Of a DNA stretch of 64,000 nt, positions 28,300 through 37,623 are shown in pieces. The notes under the pieces were generated by a model. It did not search any database. It saw nothing but the letters and a program-made list of their open reading frames with translations, and was not told the origin of the DNA. The stretch's first letter is position 1. The number at the start of each line of letters is the position of its first letter. The position numbers and the translations under genes are program-made. This DNA comes from a virus (taxonomy: Duplodnaviria > Heunggongvirae > Uroviricota > Caudoviricetes): the IMG/VR virus record IMGVR_UViG_3300035208_001992; one strand, written 5' to 3'.

Positions 28300-29002
28300 C
28301 GTTGTCGGCTCCAAGCAGCTTCAATGCACTAGCGATGTTCGATCGCAATTGATCATTGCTCGAGATGAGCACACCTGTGCTATGCAATGATCCAACAAGA
28401 TCTCGCAACGTGTTCTCAAGCTGCTTCACGCGATCGCTATATGCTTGCAAGGTACGTGGCGGCTCGAAATCGATGTTGAAGATGCGTCTACGAGTGTCTT
28501 TTCTTGACGCAAGCAGAAACTTCTTGCTGTCCTGGTTAAGATCACCGACCAACGTCAATTGACATACTGCGCTTAAGCTTTCAAAATACTCACCATTGTT
28601 AGTGAATACGATGCGCTTGGATCCATTGCCACTATTGATCTGGTTGAATATCATTGAAGCAGGATTGCGTACAGAGTCAAAATGAGCAGCACTCTTCAAG
28701 TACGGAAACAGATCAAGGTATATGATGATCCCTTGAGCGCTTGCGCGACCAAGCAATGGGTTACCTGGGCCATTGCCATCATGCGTCACGGACACGTTGT
28801 GTAGGCAAAACACAGACGGATCTATGCGTGTCCGCCAGCGTCCAGGTATGACTAAGACGCTACGTGACTTGTCTGCGTCAGCATAAGCAGTGATAAGCCA
28901 TGATGCGAATGAACTGAACAACGCAGCATTGCTCTCAATTCCAGTCAAATCAATGACCGTGTGCTGTTGAAGCGTTCCAAACATGTTTTCAAGATCAAGC
29001 AT
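28292..29002 (-). CDS. hypothetical protein, only non-member gene inside the array
   Basis: 236 aa, lacks leader; possible degenerate alpha/beta P-loop-like fold (IIIYLD, IVFTNN). Confidence 0.7.
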   Translation of the reverse strand: MLDLENMFGTLQQHTVIDLTGIESNAALFSSFASWLITAYADADKSRSVLVIPGRWRTRIDPSVFCLHNVSVTHDGNGPGNPLLGRASAQGIIIYLDLFPYLKSAAHFDSVRNPASMIFNQINSGNGSKRIVFTNNGEYFESLSAVCQLTLVGDLNQDSKKFLLASRKDTRRRIFNIDFEPPRTLQAYSDRVKQLENTLRDLVGSLHSTGVLISSNDQLRSNIASALKLLGADNDG

Positions 29003-30026
29003 TCAGTACTCCAAGTGTTAGTGAATCGCCCATCGCGACTATTCGATTTCTACCGCGAGTTTCGCGGGTGATGAAATTCATCTCATCAATTACGATTGTT
29101 GGATGGTCTTCATCTTTGTCATGCGCTTGTCCATGAGCGTCACGTCTCGCTCGTCTTTGCTGCTGCGCGTAGTCACCAAGCGCGAACATCGATTTTCCGG
29201 CACCTCGTGAAATGGTCATAGCTCCAACGTGCTTGTCACCTATGACCTTCATGATAAACTCTGATTGACGCTTCTCTTCACGCGCAATACCAAGTTTGAC
29301 GACTTCAACTGCTGCTCGTGCAGCATCACCCTGCAGGTTGCCGTCAACTAATAGATCCTTCAGCATCCAGCTATGCTTGTTCTTTTCTTTGCCGCCAACA
29401 AGTTCAATGAATTCAATACGTACATCGTCATCATTGCTGCCAACGTGAGTCAAGTTCATAAAGTTTCGTACAACATACTCAGTGCCCTTGATTGAGTAGT
29501 TAGTCAGTTGATCTTTCTTTGCCAAGTATGTGAACAAATAACTCAAGTAGTTCTCAAGTATGCTCAACTTTATGCTCATTGGCAACTGGTCTGTCTCTGC
29601 TTGCAAGTCGCTCGAACGCACAGAGTGCATTGACGGCATATTCATTAAGCGACTGCCAATAGGCGCAAACCACATGCTACCGCTCATCGACTCGACGTTG
29701 ATGAAAGGCTCAATGACAGGTTGCCCGCCAATTTTGATGATCTTGCCGTTCAACGATAGTGCTGTAAGCACGAACGGGCGCATTGACGCTTGCATTGACA
29801 GATATGGTACGCACGTTTTTGAATGCTCAAGCCAATTGACGATGTTTTCTATGAATGGCACGTCTTTCTGATCTGTCATATACGCGTAATCGATCCCATT
29901 GAACGGTGCTTGTGAGATCAAACAGATTTTGACGCCACAAAGACTGATGAACAAGTTGTCAGCAACCTTGCGATCAATACTGCGGATCACTGCGTATTCA
30001 TCGACTTCGTGCATATGTCTGGTCAT
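28995..30026 (-). CDS. MxRHxxE-array member 11 (MTRHMHE) with C-terminal Walker A/B-like extension
   Basis: Leader; ISLCGVKI; TDQLP; DLLVDGNL; tail ISRGAGKSMF...TIVIDEMNF. Confidence 0.85.
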   Translation of the reverse strand: MTRHMHEVDEYAVIRSIDRKVADNLFISLCGVKICLISQAPFNGIDYAYMTDQKDVPFIENIVNWLEHSKTCVPYLSMQASMRPFVLTALSLNGKIIKIGGQPVIEPFINVESMSGSMWFAPIGSRLMNMPSMHSVRSSDLQAETDQLPMSIKLSILENYLSYLFTYLAKKDQLTNYSIKGTEYVVRNFMNLTHVGSNDDDVRIEFIELVGGKEKNKHSWMLKDLLVDGNLQGDAARAAVEVVKLGIAREEKRQSEFIMKVIGDKHVGAMTISRGAGKSMFALGDYAQQQRRARRDAHGQAHDKDEDHPTIVIDEMNFITRETRGRNRIVAMGDSLTLGVLNA

Positions 30027-30675
30027 ACGTCATTCTCCTGTTTGTCAGCATACTTCAGTTTGTGTTGGCAATAAAGCTCAACTAACTTTGTTGGTGATAC
30101 CGCTTTGTCAACTATGAGATCATCAAGCGGCACATACGTTGATGACCAGCACTGTTGTTGTTGATCAACATGAAACCTCAACACGTCCGATGGATTATTG
30201 ACTTGAAACATCGACATAGTCAGCGGTTCGGTTTTGAGGATCAAGAAATCCACAGTGTCGAGCTTGTCATCGCCAGCTAGACACTCATAATCATTCTTGT
30301 GCACGCAAACGCCATCGATCCAAGCGTCAACAACTGCTACCTTAGCTATACTCATTCGCGTGCTTTGTGGCAGCGCATCAACAAAGCGTTGCGGCGTTGT
30401 AGCGGTAACTAGTGCGTCATTGACGACAAAGCAATCATCAGCAACTGCCGACGTTAGATACAAGCGCCGACCTAGCTTGCATTCTAGCAACAGCGATCCG
30501 ACGACCAATAAACTGCTTTGATGAATAGTGCCTGCTGACAAAAATGTCTAAGACGGCTATCGTCTGAGTAAACCATCATGAATTCTATTCCGTAGATTTC
30601 AACCATGTTCGACTTACTGATCGCCGAAACTAGTTGAATCCACAGAGGTCTTTGCTCATACGCATGACGCGGCAC
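30023..30675 (-). pseudogene. MxRHxxE-array member 12 (MPRHAYE), split by a single frameshift near 30540
   Basis: 63-aa leader ORF (VEIYGIEF) overlaps 172-aa ORF (QRFVDALP, DLIVDKAV); joined length ~217 aa; T5 run at 30540-30544. Confidence 0.75.
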
Positions 30676-31300
30676 CGGTCACCTCATCGTCAAAGTAGTG
30701 GACCATGCTATTGAATTTCAGCTGCTCAACAAATTTTGTCGTAGCCTGTCCCGTGGCATCTATGATCTCCAAGTCATTTATGTTCAGACCATGAACACTC
30801 GAGTATCGCGTCGACAAGCTAAATTCGCCTTCTAGTGACTGCAATGTGAGTATTAGGTCGCCGTCGACCTCACCATGGTTGATTCGACGATGTACGGCTG
30901 TTGTCACTATCTTATGCAAAACGCTAGTGACGATCTCAATTGGAAAGCTGTCGATCACTTGCTGTGCGTTTGAACCCATGAATTGAATCACAATGCTACC
31001 AAAGTCATGCATTGCCGTGCCAGAGTCTTTATTGACGTTCAACAATGATACTGCATGTGCTTTGTTTGGCCATGAGAGCGTCAAATAGTCTGGGTCGAAC
31101 ATGAGCTGCTGCGGATCTGGCGTTCGACGATCTGGCATGTTCCATGGACCTACGTGTGCACGTATCTTCAAGTCCTTGGCTACCATCAAAAATTGACGGC
31201 CTAAGAACGTTACTGGTTCTGGGCCGTCATTTACTAGACGTCTTAGCATCTTTGCGAGATGCTGAGCAGGATTCAGTTCTTCATAGGCATGTCTTGCCAC
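30656..31300 (-). CDS. MxRHxxE-array member 13 (MARHAYE, GTG start)
   Basis: Leader; VTFLGRQF; QQVIDSFP; AAGGAG RBS. Confidence 0.85.
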   Translation of the reverse strand: MARHAYEELNPAQHLAKMLRRLVNDGPEPVTFLGRQFLMVAKDLKIRAHVGPWNMPDRRTPDPQQLMFDPDYLTLSWPNKAHAVSLLNVNKDSGTAMHDFGSIVIQFMGSNAQQVIDSFPIEIVTSVLHKIVTTAVHRRINHGEVDGDLILTLQSLEGEFSLSTRYSSVHGLNINDLEIIDATGQATTKFVEQLKFNSMVHYFDDEVTGAASCV

Positions 31301-31345
31301 TTGCGCTCCTTTCTATTGCTAATAGTCATTTACTCAGTCGCAAGT

Positions 31346-31981
31346 TTACGCATGGTTAACGTCTAACATTTTGAATGAATCTTGTAAGATCTTAGCAATT
31401 TTAGCATCGTCAATCTCGTGACCAGTCACAATCTCTGCGATGTCATCAACGATCGCTCTATGTCCATCAGAGCTGATCAATGTCAAGTCGTAAGATTCAT
31501 TGTCATCACTGAGATTCACGACTACTCGTCTTTTAGCAATGCAACCAGCAACGCGATAATAGCGAGCTCTCATCAGCACCTTTAGAGACTTCAATCTGTC
31601 TGTAAGCGGTAAGTTGTCGATGTAGTGCTGCAAACCAACAGGTGCTTGACTAGGCCGGCCTTGCACGGCGTTAATCACAGCCGACTCGAAAAGCGTTGTC
31701 AATGAACATGGCATCGGCACACGCACAATTGTCGACGTGGTCAGTAATGTACTGTCGGCTAAACAGGTCCAGCCAGGTTGCAAATAAAAGAAGTCACCAG
31801 AATTGTCGAAACCAATTCGGGCGCCAACGCTTATTCTGAGCACTGTGTTAATGCCAAATAGTCTTACGATGCAATCCACATATTGAATATACTCGAACTC
31901 GTTTGTCATCACTGGCCCACGTCGAAACATGCCAACGATGATTTGGTCGATCATCAGTTGCTCATGCGCGTGTCTGGCCAT
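31346..31981 (-). CDS. MxRHxxE-array member 14 (MARHAHE; start refined)
   Basis: Leader; VRLFGINT; QHYIDNLP; AGGAGG RBS. Confidence 0.85.
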   Translation of the reverse strand: MARHAHEQLMIDQIIVGMFRRGPVMTNEFEYIQYVDCIVRLFGINTVLRISVGARIGFDNSGDFFYLQPGWTCLADSTLLTTSTIVRVPMPCSLTTLFESAVINAVQGRPSQAPVGLQHYIDNLPLTDRLKSLKVLMRARYYRVAGCIAKRRVVVNLSDDNESYDLTLISSDGHRAIVDDIAEIVTGHEIDDAKIAKILQDSFKMLDVNHA

Positions 31982-32513
31982 TGCGTTGCCTCCTAGGCTT
32001 CGTGATCCTAGCGATGATAGGAGCGATCTTGTTTTCGTTGATACTGCCGTCGCTGATGACGTCACTTAATTTCACTATTTGCGACTTGAGCGTTTTGTTG
32101 AAACCAATGATTACACTACGGCTGTATCCAACGATCGTACTGTTACGCGTGTAGCAGACACTGACGTATTTGTTGTCTTTCACGCCCATCTCTTCGATGC
32201 ATGCTCTGACCGCATGCTCGATTAGATCCACTTTGATTTCGCTCAACACATTCTTGATCACGCTTTTAGCGATGTTCAACGGATCAACTATGGTGCTAGT
32301 GAAAAGATAGTAGTAGGCGTCATCTCCTTGGTGAAGATGAGCAACATCGACTCTGCCACGCCAAGGAGCTGCGCTTGGAACAGCATACAGCAGACCAACA
32401 GGATCCAAACGCAATTCAAAGATGATGCCGTCCAGCTTGAACTCTTGACCAGCGCATACAGCGCGTCGCACGCGCGAGCCGTTAGTTAGTGGTTCATACG
32501 CGTGTCTACTCAT
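31962..32513 (-). CDS. MxRHxxE-array member 15 (MSRHAYE; start refined)
   Basis: Leader; FKLDGIIF; DVISDGSIN. Confidence 0.85.
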   Translation of the reverse strand: MSRHAYEPLTNGSRVRRAVCAGQEFKLDGIIFELRLDPVGLLYAVPSAAPWRGRVDVAHLHQGDDAYYYLFTSTIVDPLNIAKSVIKNVLSEIKVDLIEHAVRACIEEMGVKDNKYVSVCYTRNSTIVGYSRSVIIGFNKTLKSQIVKLSDVISDGSINENKIAPIIARITKPRRQRNGQTRA

Positions 32514-33153
32514 CTTCGTGCAACCTCTCGCGGTAACTGCCAAGCACCCACTTAAGAACAGCCTCACCATCGATTTTGCTATTCACTGTGATGTCGGCTA
32601 TTTTGACGTTTGTTCTTTCTATGTCAAAATGCCTTTTGTAGCGCTTATTTGGTGGCAGCCATAACGCAGATAAGCTTAAGCGATTATTGCACCATACAGA
32701 AAAGATCAAATCGCTATGCACATACATACTATGCGTGCGCCTAACAGCTATGGAACTTGGCAGTTCATCGTTGAACGGTAGCAAACTTGATTTCACGAGC
32801 ATATCAATGATGCTTGACTTCGTTGGGCCAGGCATGCCATTCGTCAGCTGCATCTCATCAGTTGCAGTAAAGGCATACATTCCAGTGGCAGTGCGCGAGT
32901 ACACAATGTCATTGCGCTCATAAGATTCACGTGCAATGTTGATCTTTGACAATGATTCGGGATCATGACAGTCAATCATCACACGTCCAAAATCATGCGT
33001 GGCTTCTTCACCATCTTCATTCATGAAATAGAATGGCTCTTCATGTGAGCAGACTAAGGCATTCAACCCACAAATTTCGATTGTTGCTGGCTTGCTGACA
33101 AGTGATCGAGCCCAGTCTATAGGTTGCATTCGTTCGTACATGTGCCTAGCCAT
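32506..33153 (-). CDS. MxRHxxE-array member 16 (MARHMYE; start refined)
   Basis: Leader; IEICGLNA; DITVNSKID. Confidence 0.85.
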   Translation of the reverse strand: MARHMYERMQPIDWARSLVSKPATIEICGLNALVCSHEEPFYFMNEDGEEATHDFGRVMIDCHDPESLSKINIARESYERNDIVYSRTATGMYAFTATDEMQLTNGMPGPTKSSIIDMLVKSSLLPFNDELPSSIAVRRTHSMYVHSDLIFSVWCNNRLSLSALWLPPNKRYKRHFDIERTNVKIADITVNSKIDGEAVLKWVLGSYRERLHEDE

Positions 33154-33310
33154 GTGATGCAGTCTCCATTTGTTCGCGATCATGCAGCATTCGAGCAAGC
33201 ACTTGGTCACTAACTTGCAAGGTTTGGAATGGCTTCAAAGTTCCGTTCATTTGCATAAAACTCACAACGATTTCTACTATGCCTGGCACTTCACATGCGT
33301 GCCTAGCCAT
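33146..33310 (-). CDS. MxRHxxE-array member 17, mini-gene (54 aa, MARHACEVPGIVEIVV...ASHG)
   Basis: Not in ORF track; read manually; 8-nt overlaps at both ends. Confidence 0.75.
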   Translation of the reverse strand: MARHACEVPGIVEIVVSFMQMNGTLKPFQTLQVSDQVLARMLHDREQMETASHG

Positions 33311-33485
33311 GAGACATCAACCTAGCTGCAGGTGGCCTGATCTGTATAAGTGATTCGGTGAACTGTTTGAACATCTTCTCAGCATCGACTTGCCCAAACG
33401 TTGACACTTCGTCAAACGCGCACCAAACTCGCGTGCCGCCGCGCAATCGCTGAACATCAGGTACTTCACAACCGTGTCCAGCCAT
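33303..33485 (-). CDS. MxRHxxE-array member 18, mini-gene (60 aa, MAGHGCEVPD...; start refined)
   Basis: AGGAG RBS; contains LRGGTRVWCAFDE. Confidence 0.75.
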   Translation of the reverse strand: MAGHGCEVPDVQRLRGGTRVWCAFDEVSTFGQVDAEKMFKQFTESLIQIRPPAARLMSHG

Positions 33486-33630
33486 TTGAGATCTCCTGTC
33501 GACGACGTCTTTCTTCCATTGCTTCATTTATCCATTTTGGTGACAAGTCATAGACTCGTATCATGCGCCCGTCATTGCGCTCAATTGTCATGACATTTTC
33601 GTCTTTCACTTCTGCGCCGTGTCTAGCCAT
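33466..33630 (-). CDS. MxRHxxE-array member 19, mini-gene (54 aa, MARHGAEVKDENVM...WTRL)
   Basis: Not in ORF track; read manually; GGAGG RBS. Confidence 0.75.
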   Translation of the reverse strand: MARHGAEVKDENVMTIERNDGRMIRVYDLSPKWINEAMEERRRRQEISNGWTRL

Positions 33631-34262
33631 TTGGCAACCTCCGCTTCTTTGAATTTGTCAAAGCATATAAGTGCTCGCTCGAACAGGAAGTGTTCGTCAA
33701 GAGCGCCGTCTTTGATGCATTCATCTAACTTACAAATAGGCATAGGCATGATCATGCGTCTGTCACTTGTCATTATCGCAAAGCCGATCAGCAAGTCATG
33801 ACTACTTAAGTTGTATGTAATCAGCGAACGCAACAACGTATCACGAGAAATGCTGGTGATTTTTTTGATGCTAGATAAGATGTCGTAGCGCGCGATGATT
33901 GAAGATCTGACGTGGCAACCGATTACGTTAGAAATCAAGTTGTCAGGAGCGCAATCAATCAACTCTTGCGCGTTAATGCTGGATGGAACATTGACACGAT
34001 TAGACATGTTGTACGTGCCAGCGCCATCGTCCTCTGTCGAATTGAATCGTGCAATAACGCTTTCACCAAGATCATGCCTGAATAACCATGTCACGTTGAG
34101 CCATTGACTGTCCGCAATTATGACGCGATCTTCATCGTAATCTGAGCCACAACGCCTCCACACTTTGCCATTAAGTCCATGCATAGTCGCGTCTATTGGA
34201 CAAGCTAACGCGTTCATCCAGCGAGTCATTGGTTGACACTGTTCGTATGCGTGTCTAGGCAT
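33606..34262 (-). CDS. MxRHxxE-array member 20 (MPRHAYE; start refined)
   Basis: Leader; ATMHGLNG; QELIDCAP; CIKDGALD. Confidence 0.85.
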   Translation of the reverse strand: MPRHAYEQCQPMTRWMNALACPIDATMHGLNGKVWRRCGSDYDEDRVIIADSQWLNVTWLFRHDLGESVIARFNSTEDDGAGTYNMSNRVNVPSSINAQELIDCAPDNLISNVIGCHVRSSIIARYDILSSIKKITSISRDTLLRSLITYNLSSHDLLIGFAIMTSDRRMIMPMPICKLDECIKDGALDEHFLFERALICFDKFKEAEVAKWLDTAQK

Positions 34263-34911
34263 GGGTAGTATACAGCTTTCCAAATACAGCTTCAATCTGG
34301 TCTTTGGTTTGCTGCTTGAACGACAAGACCAAACGCATTATTCTATAGCGATCGAAATCACCATCACGCAACAGCGACGACAATGGAGCGCTTGCTGTTT
34401 CGGAGACGTTGAAGTGCGTGCTTGTCGCGCCAATCACAGCAAATTTTACATGCAACGCGTCTTGCGCGTCTTCACTGATGACAACGTCCATCTTTGAGAC
34501 GCAGTCACTCACATAGCTACTACGCCGAGACAAATCGAACGTTTTCACAACGTAATCCTGAAAGGCATATCGCAGCAACTGCAACTTCTTGGACTTCGGA
34601 AGTTCGTCGACAATCTGCTGTGGCTCGCGACAATCCAATGGCTGACGTATACTAGTGAATCGGTCATTGCCTTCACGCCAGTTAGCCACAAAGTAATCGC
34701 GAGAACTCAAATATGATGTGTCAATAATCAAGCTCTTGAATGGGAATGTCATAAGCATGTCGCACTTGTCTTGATCTGTACCAGGCACTCCAATGAGCCA
34801 ATCGAGCCTGAGCACACAGTTGACTCCGCAAAGTTTGACGTGTTGCGGTGTAGCAAGGCACTTCACTTGATCTTCCCATATTTGTCGATGTTCGACTGCA
34901 TGCCTGCTCAT
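34255..34911 (-). CDS. MxRHxxE-array member 21 (MSRHAVE)
   Basis: Leader; VKLCGVNC; QQIVDELP; LLRDGDFD. Confidence 0.85.
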   Translation of the reverse strand: MSRHAVEHRQIWEDQVKCLATPQHVKLCGVNCVLRLDWLIGVPGTDQDKCDMLMTFPFKSLIIDTSYLSSRDYFVANWREGNDRFTSIRQPLDCREPQQIVDELPKSKKLQLLRYAFQDYVVKTFDLSRRSSYVSDCVSKMDVVISEDAQDALHVKFAVIGATSTHFNVSETASAPLSSLLRDGDFDRYRIMRLVLSFKQQTKDQIEAVFGKLYTTHA

Positions 34912-35540
34912 GCTTGTGCTCCAACGCGTTTGTCTTCGACAATTAAGCGCTTTTCAAGTAGTGACAGACTTAGCAATTTAGGCAAGTTGAACTTACCGTC
35001 TTCGCACACGTCAGCAATAGTGATCACAGCAACACCATGATGCTTGACATAGTCACTCAACCTTCTTGTGATATAGCATTCTTTGAGGTCACAGCTGACA
35101 ACGATTGACATCAAGCCAAACGTGATCTCGTATCCGATCGATCTGGCGTACAATATAAGGGCGTTAGTCAAGATCGACTCGAACACATTTCTGAGGTCAG
35201 TCGCAGGTATTGCGTCGACCAATGATTGAAGCGACGAGCTGCATATTGCATCAGCATGTCCGTTGATGTACTTAGATGCGGCGTCATGCTGGTAGATGAA
35301 AACATCGCTCTCGTCATCATACCAAGCAATAGCACAACCGTACTTGTTTTGACCGTAGCTCAACGCAAGACGGTCAGTCGTCTTAGGAACGAGCTCGTCG
35401 AACTTGCGCGTTGCATCTGCATTGAACATGCGTGCGCTCAAATCAATCAAGCCAACGTGTACAACGTTGTTGTGTTGGATCATTTTGAGAAGATCTTGGT
35501 ATTTGAGCACTTTACCGATCTCGCACATATGTCTAGCCAT
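34908..35540 (-). CDS. MxRHxxE-array member 22 (MARHMCE)
   Basis: Leader; QSLVDAIP; DVCEDGKFN. Confidence 0.85.
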   Translation of the reverse strand: MARHMCEIGKVLKYQDLLKMIQHNNVVHVGLIDLSARMFNADATRKFDELVPKTTDRLALSYGQNKYGCAIAWYDDESDVFIYQHDAASKYINGHADAICSSSLQSLVDAIPATDLRNVFESILTNALILYARSIGYEITFGLMSIVVSCDLKECYITRRLSDYVKHHGVAVITIADVCEDGKFNLPKLLSLSLLEKRLIVEDKRVGAQA

Positions 35541-36228
35541 GTCCGATTACTCCTACCTCGTCAGATGGCACTGTTACTCCAGCAGTGTTGAATCCGTTCA
35601 ATGTAAGCTGCTCAAGCACATACTTGTCAACGCGCTTCACGTTCTCGACTAAGCTAGACATTGTACAGATTTTCTTGGCGTGGACAAGCACATCATAGTC
35701 ACCGTTGCGCCAGACTAACTTTGTGAATTTGTTGTCGCTTCTTACCATTCTTATGTTCGGCAGGTCGAGAATCAATGATGCAACATATTCAACTATGGTG
35801 AACAAAATCTGAGACAATGCATAATAGTGTTGTTGCGTGCCAGTGAATTCATCAACAAGATCTTGAAGTCTGCCACAAAACGCTGTTGGTAATTTGTACC
35901 AGCTATTCTCAGAACCGGAACTGAACAGCTGCATGTCAGGTTGGTATGTGCCACGACAAATTCGCGCTAGCGTGACTGATCTCGTAATGAACTTAAGAGG
36001 AGCACTAAGATCAAGATTGAGCATCGCAACGCTAACCGGCATGATATTGAACTCATTGTCAAGCATGCTCACTTGCTCTTCACCAGACATACGAGTCATT
36101 GTGAAGAATGCACTGCTTACTGTGGCATCAATTCCGCAAAGTTTGATCGACAATTGCTGGTTGCCGCGATCGAGATACTCCACCAAGCGATCACGTGGAC
36201 TGACTCGTTCTGTCATGTGTCTAGCCAT
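35533..36228 (-). CDS. MxRHxxE-array member 23 (MARHMTE; start refined)
   Basis: Leader; IKLCGIDA; QDLVDEFT; GGAGG RBS. Confidence 0.85.
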   Translation of the reverse strand: MARHMTERVSPRDRLVEYLDRGNQQLSIKLCGIDATVSSAFFTMTRMSGEEQVSMLDNEFNIMPVSVAMLNLDLSAPLKFITRSVTLARICRGTYQPDMQLFSSGSENSWYKLPTAFCGRLQDLVDEFTGTQQHYYALSQILFTIVEYVASLILDLPNIRMVRSDNKFTKLVWRNGDYDVLVHAKKICTMSSLVENVKRVDKYVLEQLTLNGFNTAGVTVPSDEVGVIGHG

Positions 36229-36983
36229 TACAGCAACCTCCGCGTATGATGCAGCTTCCAAATTTCGTCGTCTTTCACAGCAATGATGTCTTTCAACTTT
36301 GCCTCATCAAATTTCACAGCTTTAGCAGCAGACAGCGTGATGACGTCGACTCGACGTTCAGCGCTCGCGTTTGTCATGACGACAAAGTCTTTCTTGACTC
36401 GACGTATATGGAATCTAGAGCCTTCCAATGAGTACGCCAGCACATAGTTGAGCAGCATTCTAGCTAACAGCGCGTCTTTGTCTTTAGCGCTGAGCTCATT
36501 CAACTGTTGCTTAATCACGTCCTGTCCAACGACCAGGTTGAATGGTTCTAAATCGCATGCTGGGTCTACGCGCCCGAACACGCGTCTACCACCATCAAAA
36601 TTCGAACCATATAGCAAAGTCACCACATCGAATTGGTCGTCGGACGTTGCCGCAACAAACGGGACGTCGATCGACGTTGCAGTCTGTGTGGTCGACTTTA
36701 TTGATGCGAAGAACATTTCAGCAAAGCTACTGTAGCTCTTCCAACCGTCACGCGTTGTAACTGCATTGATCGGAAAATGAGCAGTGCTTGGATCAGAGCA
36801 ATCGTCTAGTACGAGCTCAACTGTTTCTCTAAGATTGCTATCGACATATGTAAGTCTCTTTGCCGCTGAAGTAACGATGATCGGCAATCCATCGATCTCT
36901 AACTCGACTGGATCAGCGTACTTGATGAGTGCTTCAGCAAGCATATCTCGTCCACAAGCCTTTTCAGTCATATGCCTAGGCAT
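36228..36983 (-). CDS. MxRHxxE-array member 24 (MPRHMTE)
   Basis: Leader; LEIDGLPI; QQLNELS. Confidence 0.85.
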   Translation of the reverse strand: MPRHMTEKACGRDMLAEALIKYADPVELEIDGLPIIVTSAAKRLTYVDSNLRETVELVLDDCSDPSTAHFPINAVTTRDGWKSYSSFAEMFFASIKSTTQTATSIDVPFVAATSDDQFDVVTLLYGSNFDGGRRVFGRVDPACDLEPFNLVVGQDVIKQQLNELSAKDKDALLARMLLNYVLAYSLEGSRFHIRRVKKDFVVMTNASAERRVDVITLSAAKAVKFDEAKLKDIIAVKDDEIWKLHHTRRLL

Positions 36984-37623
36984 GATGCCTCAACAGTTTC
37001 TTGCGCTCCAATTCAGCGCGTAAGAACGTGAGCGGATGCTGGTACGACGCAAGTGTTCTGACGCTGCTGACAACTACATGCGTTGAAAGGAAGAGTGCAG
37101 CATCATCATTTCCAATAGGCTTGGCATAGCAAGTTTTTGTTCCTCCATCTTTGCAAAAGTTAGCGAGTGCTGCCAAGACGCATTTGCAACCAAACCAGAA
37201 TTTGGTCTCATTGCTTAGCATGTCAAACGCTTCTCGTATGCTATTGACGGATCGATATGATACTGCTTGCATCTCAATCGTTGATGACCTAGCCCAATCA
37301 GATGCTGTTTCAGCGTTCATCACTGCGATGTAAAACAAGCCAGATCCAAAGTTTGTGGCGAGGAAAGAATGCCAGTCAGTTGGAAGACGCTTCTCGTCCA
37401 AGCTGCCATCTGTCAGTTGCGCGTCACCGAGGTTGAACATCATGTTGGACGACGTGTTCTTTGCAAAAGCATATGCACTCTTCACAACTGTTTCAACATT
37501 AACGCGACATGGACGGACGTTCATTTGCAGATTGCCGAATAGTGGCACGCGTTCTTCTTGGCATTCGAACACTCGTTTGATCTGGTCTTCGAACGTTACT
37601 TGCTCAGCCATGTGTCTAGCCAT
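36976..37623 (-). CDS. MxRHxxE-array member 25 (MARHMAE)
   Basis: Leader; VPLFGNLQM; SIREAFDMLS. Confidence 0.85.
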   Translation of the reverse strand: MARHMAEQVTFEDQIKRVFECQEERVPLFGNLQMNVRPCRVNVETVVKSAYAFAKNTSSNMMFNLGDAQLTDGSLDEKRLPTDWHSFLATNFGSGLFYIAVMNAETASDWARSSTIEMQAVSYRSVNSIREAFDMLSNETKFWFGCKCVLAALANFCKDGGTKTCYAKPIGNDDAALFLSTHVVVSSVRTLASYQHPLTFLRAELERKKLLRHHA

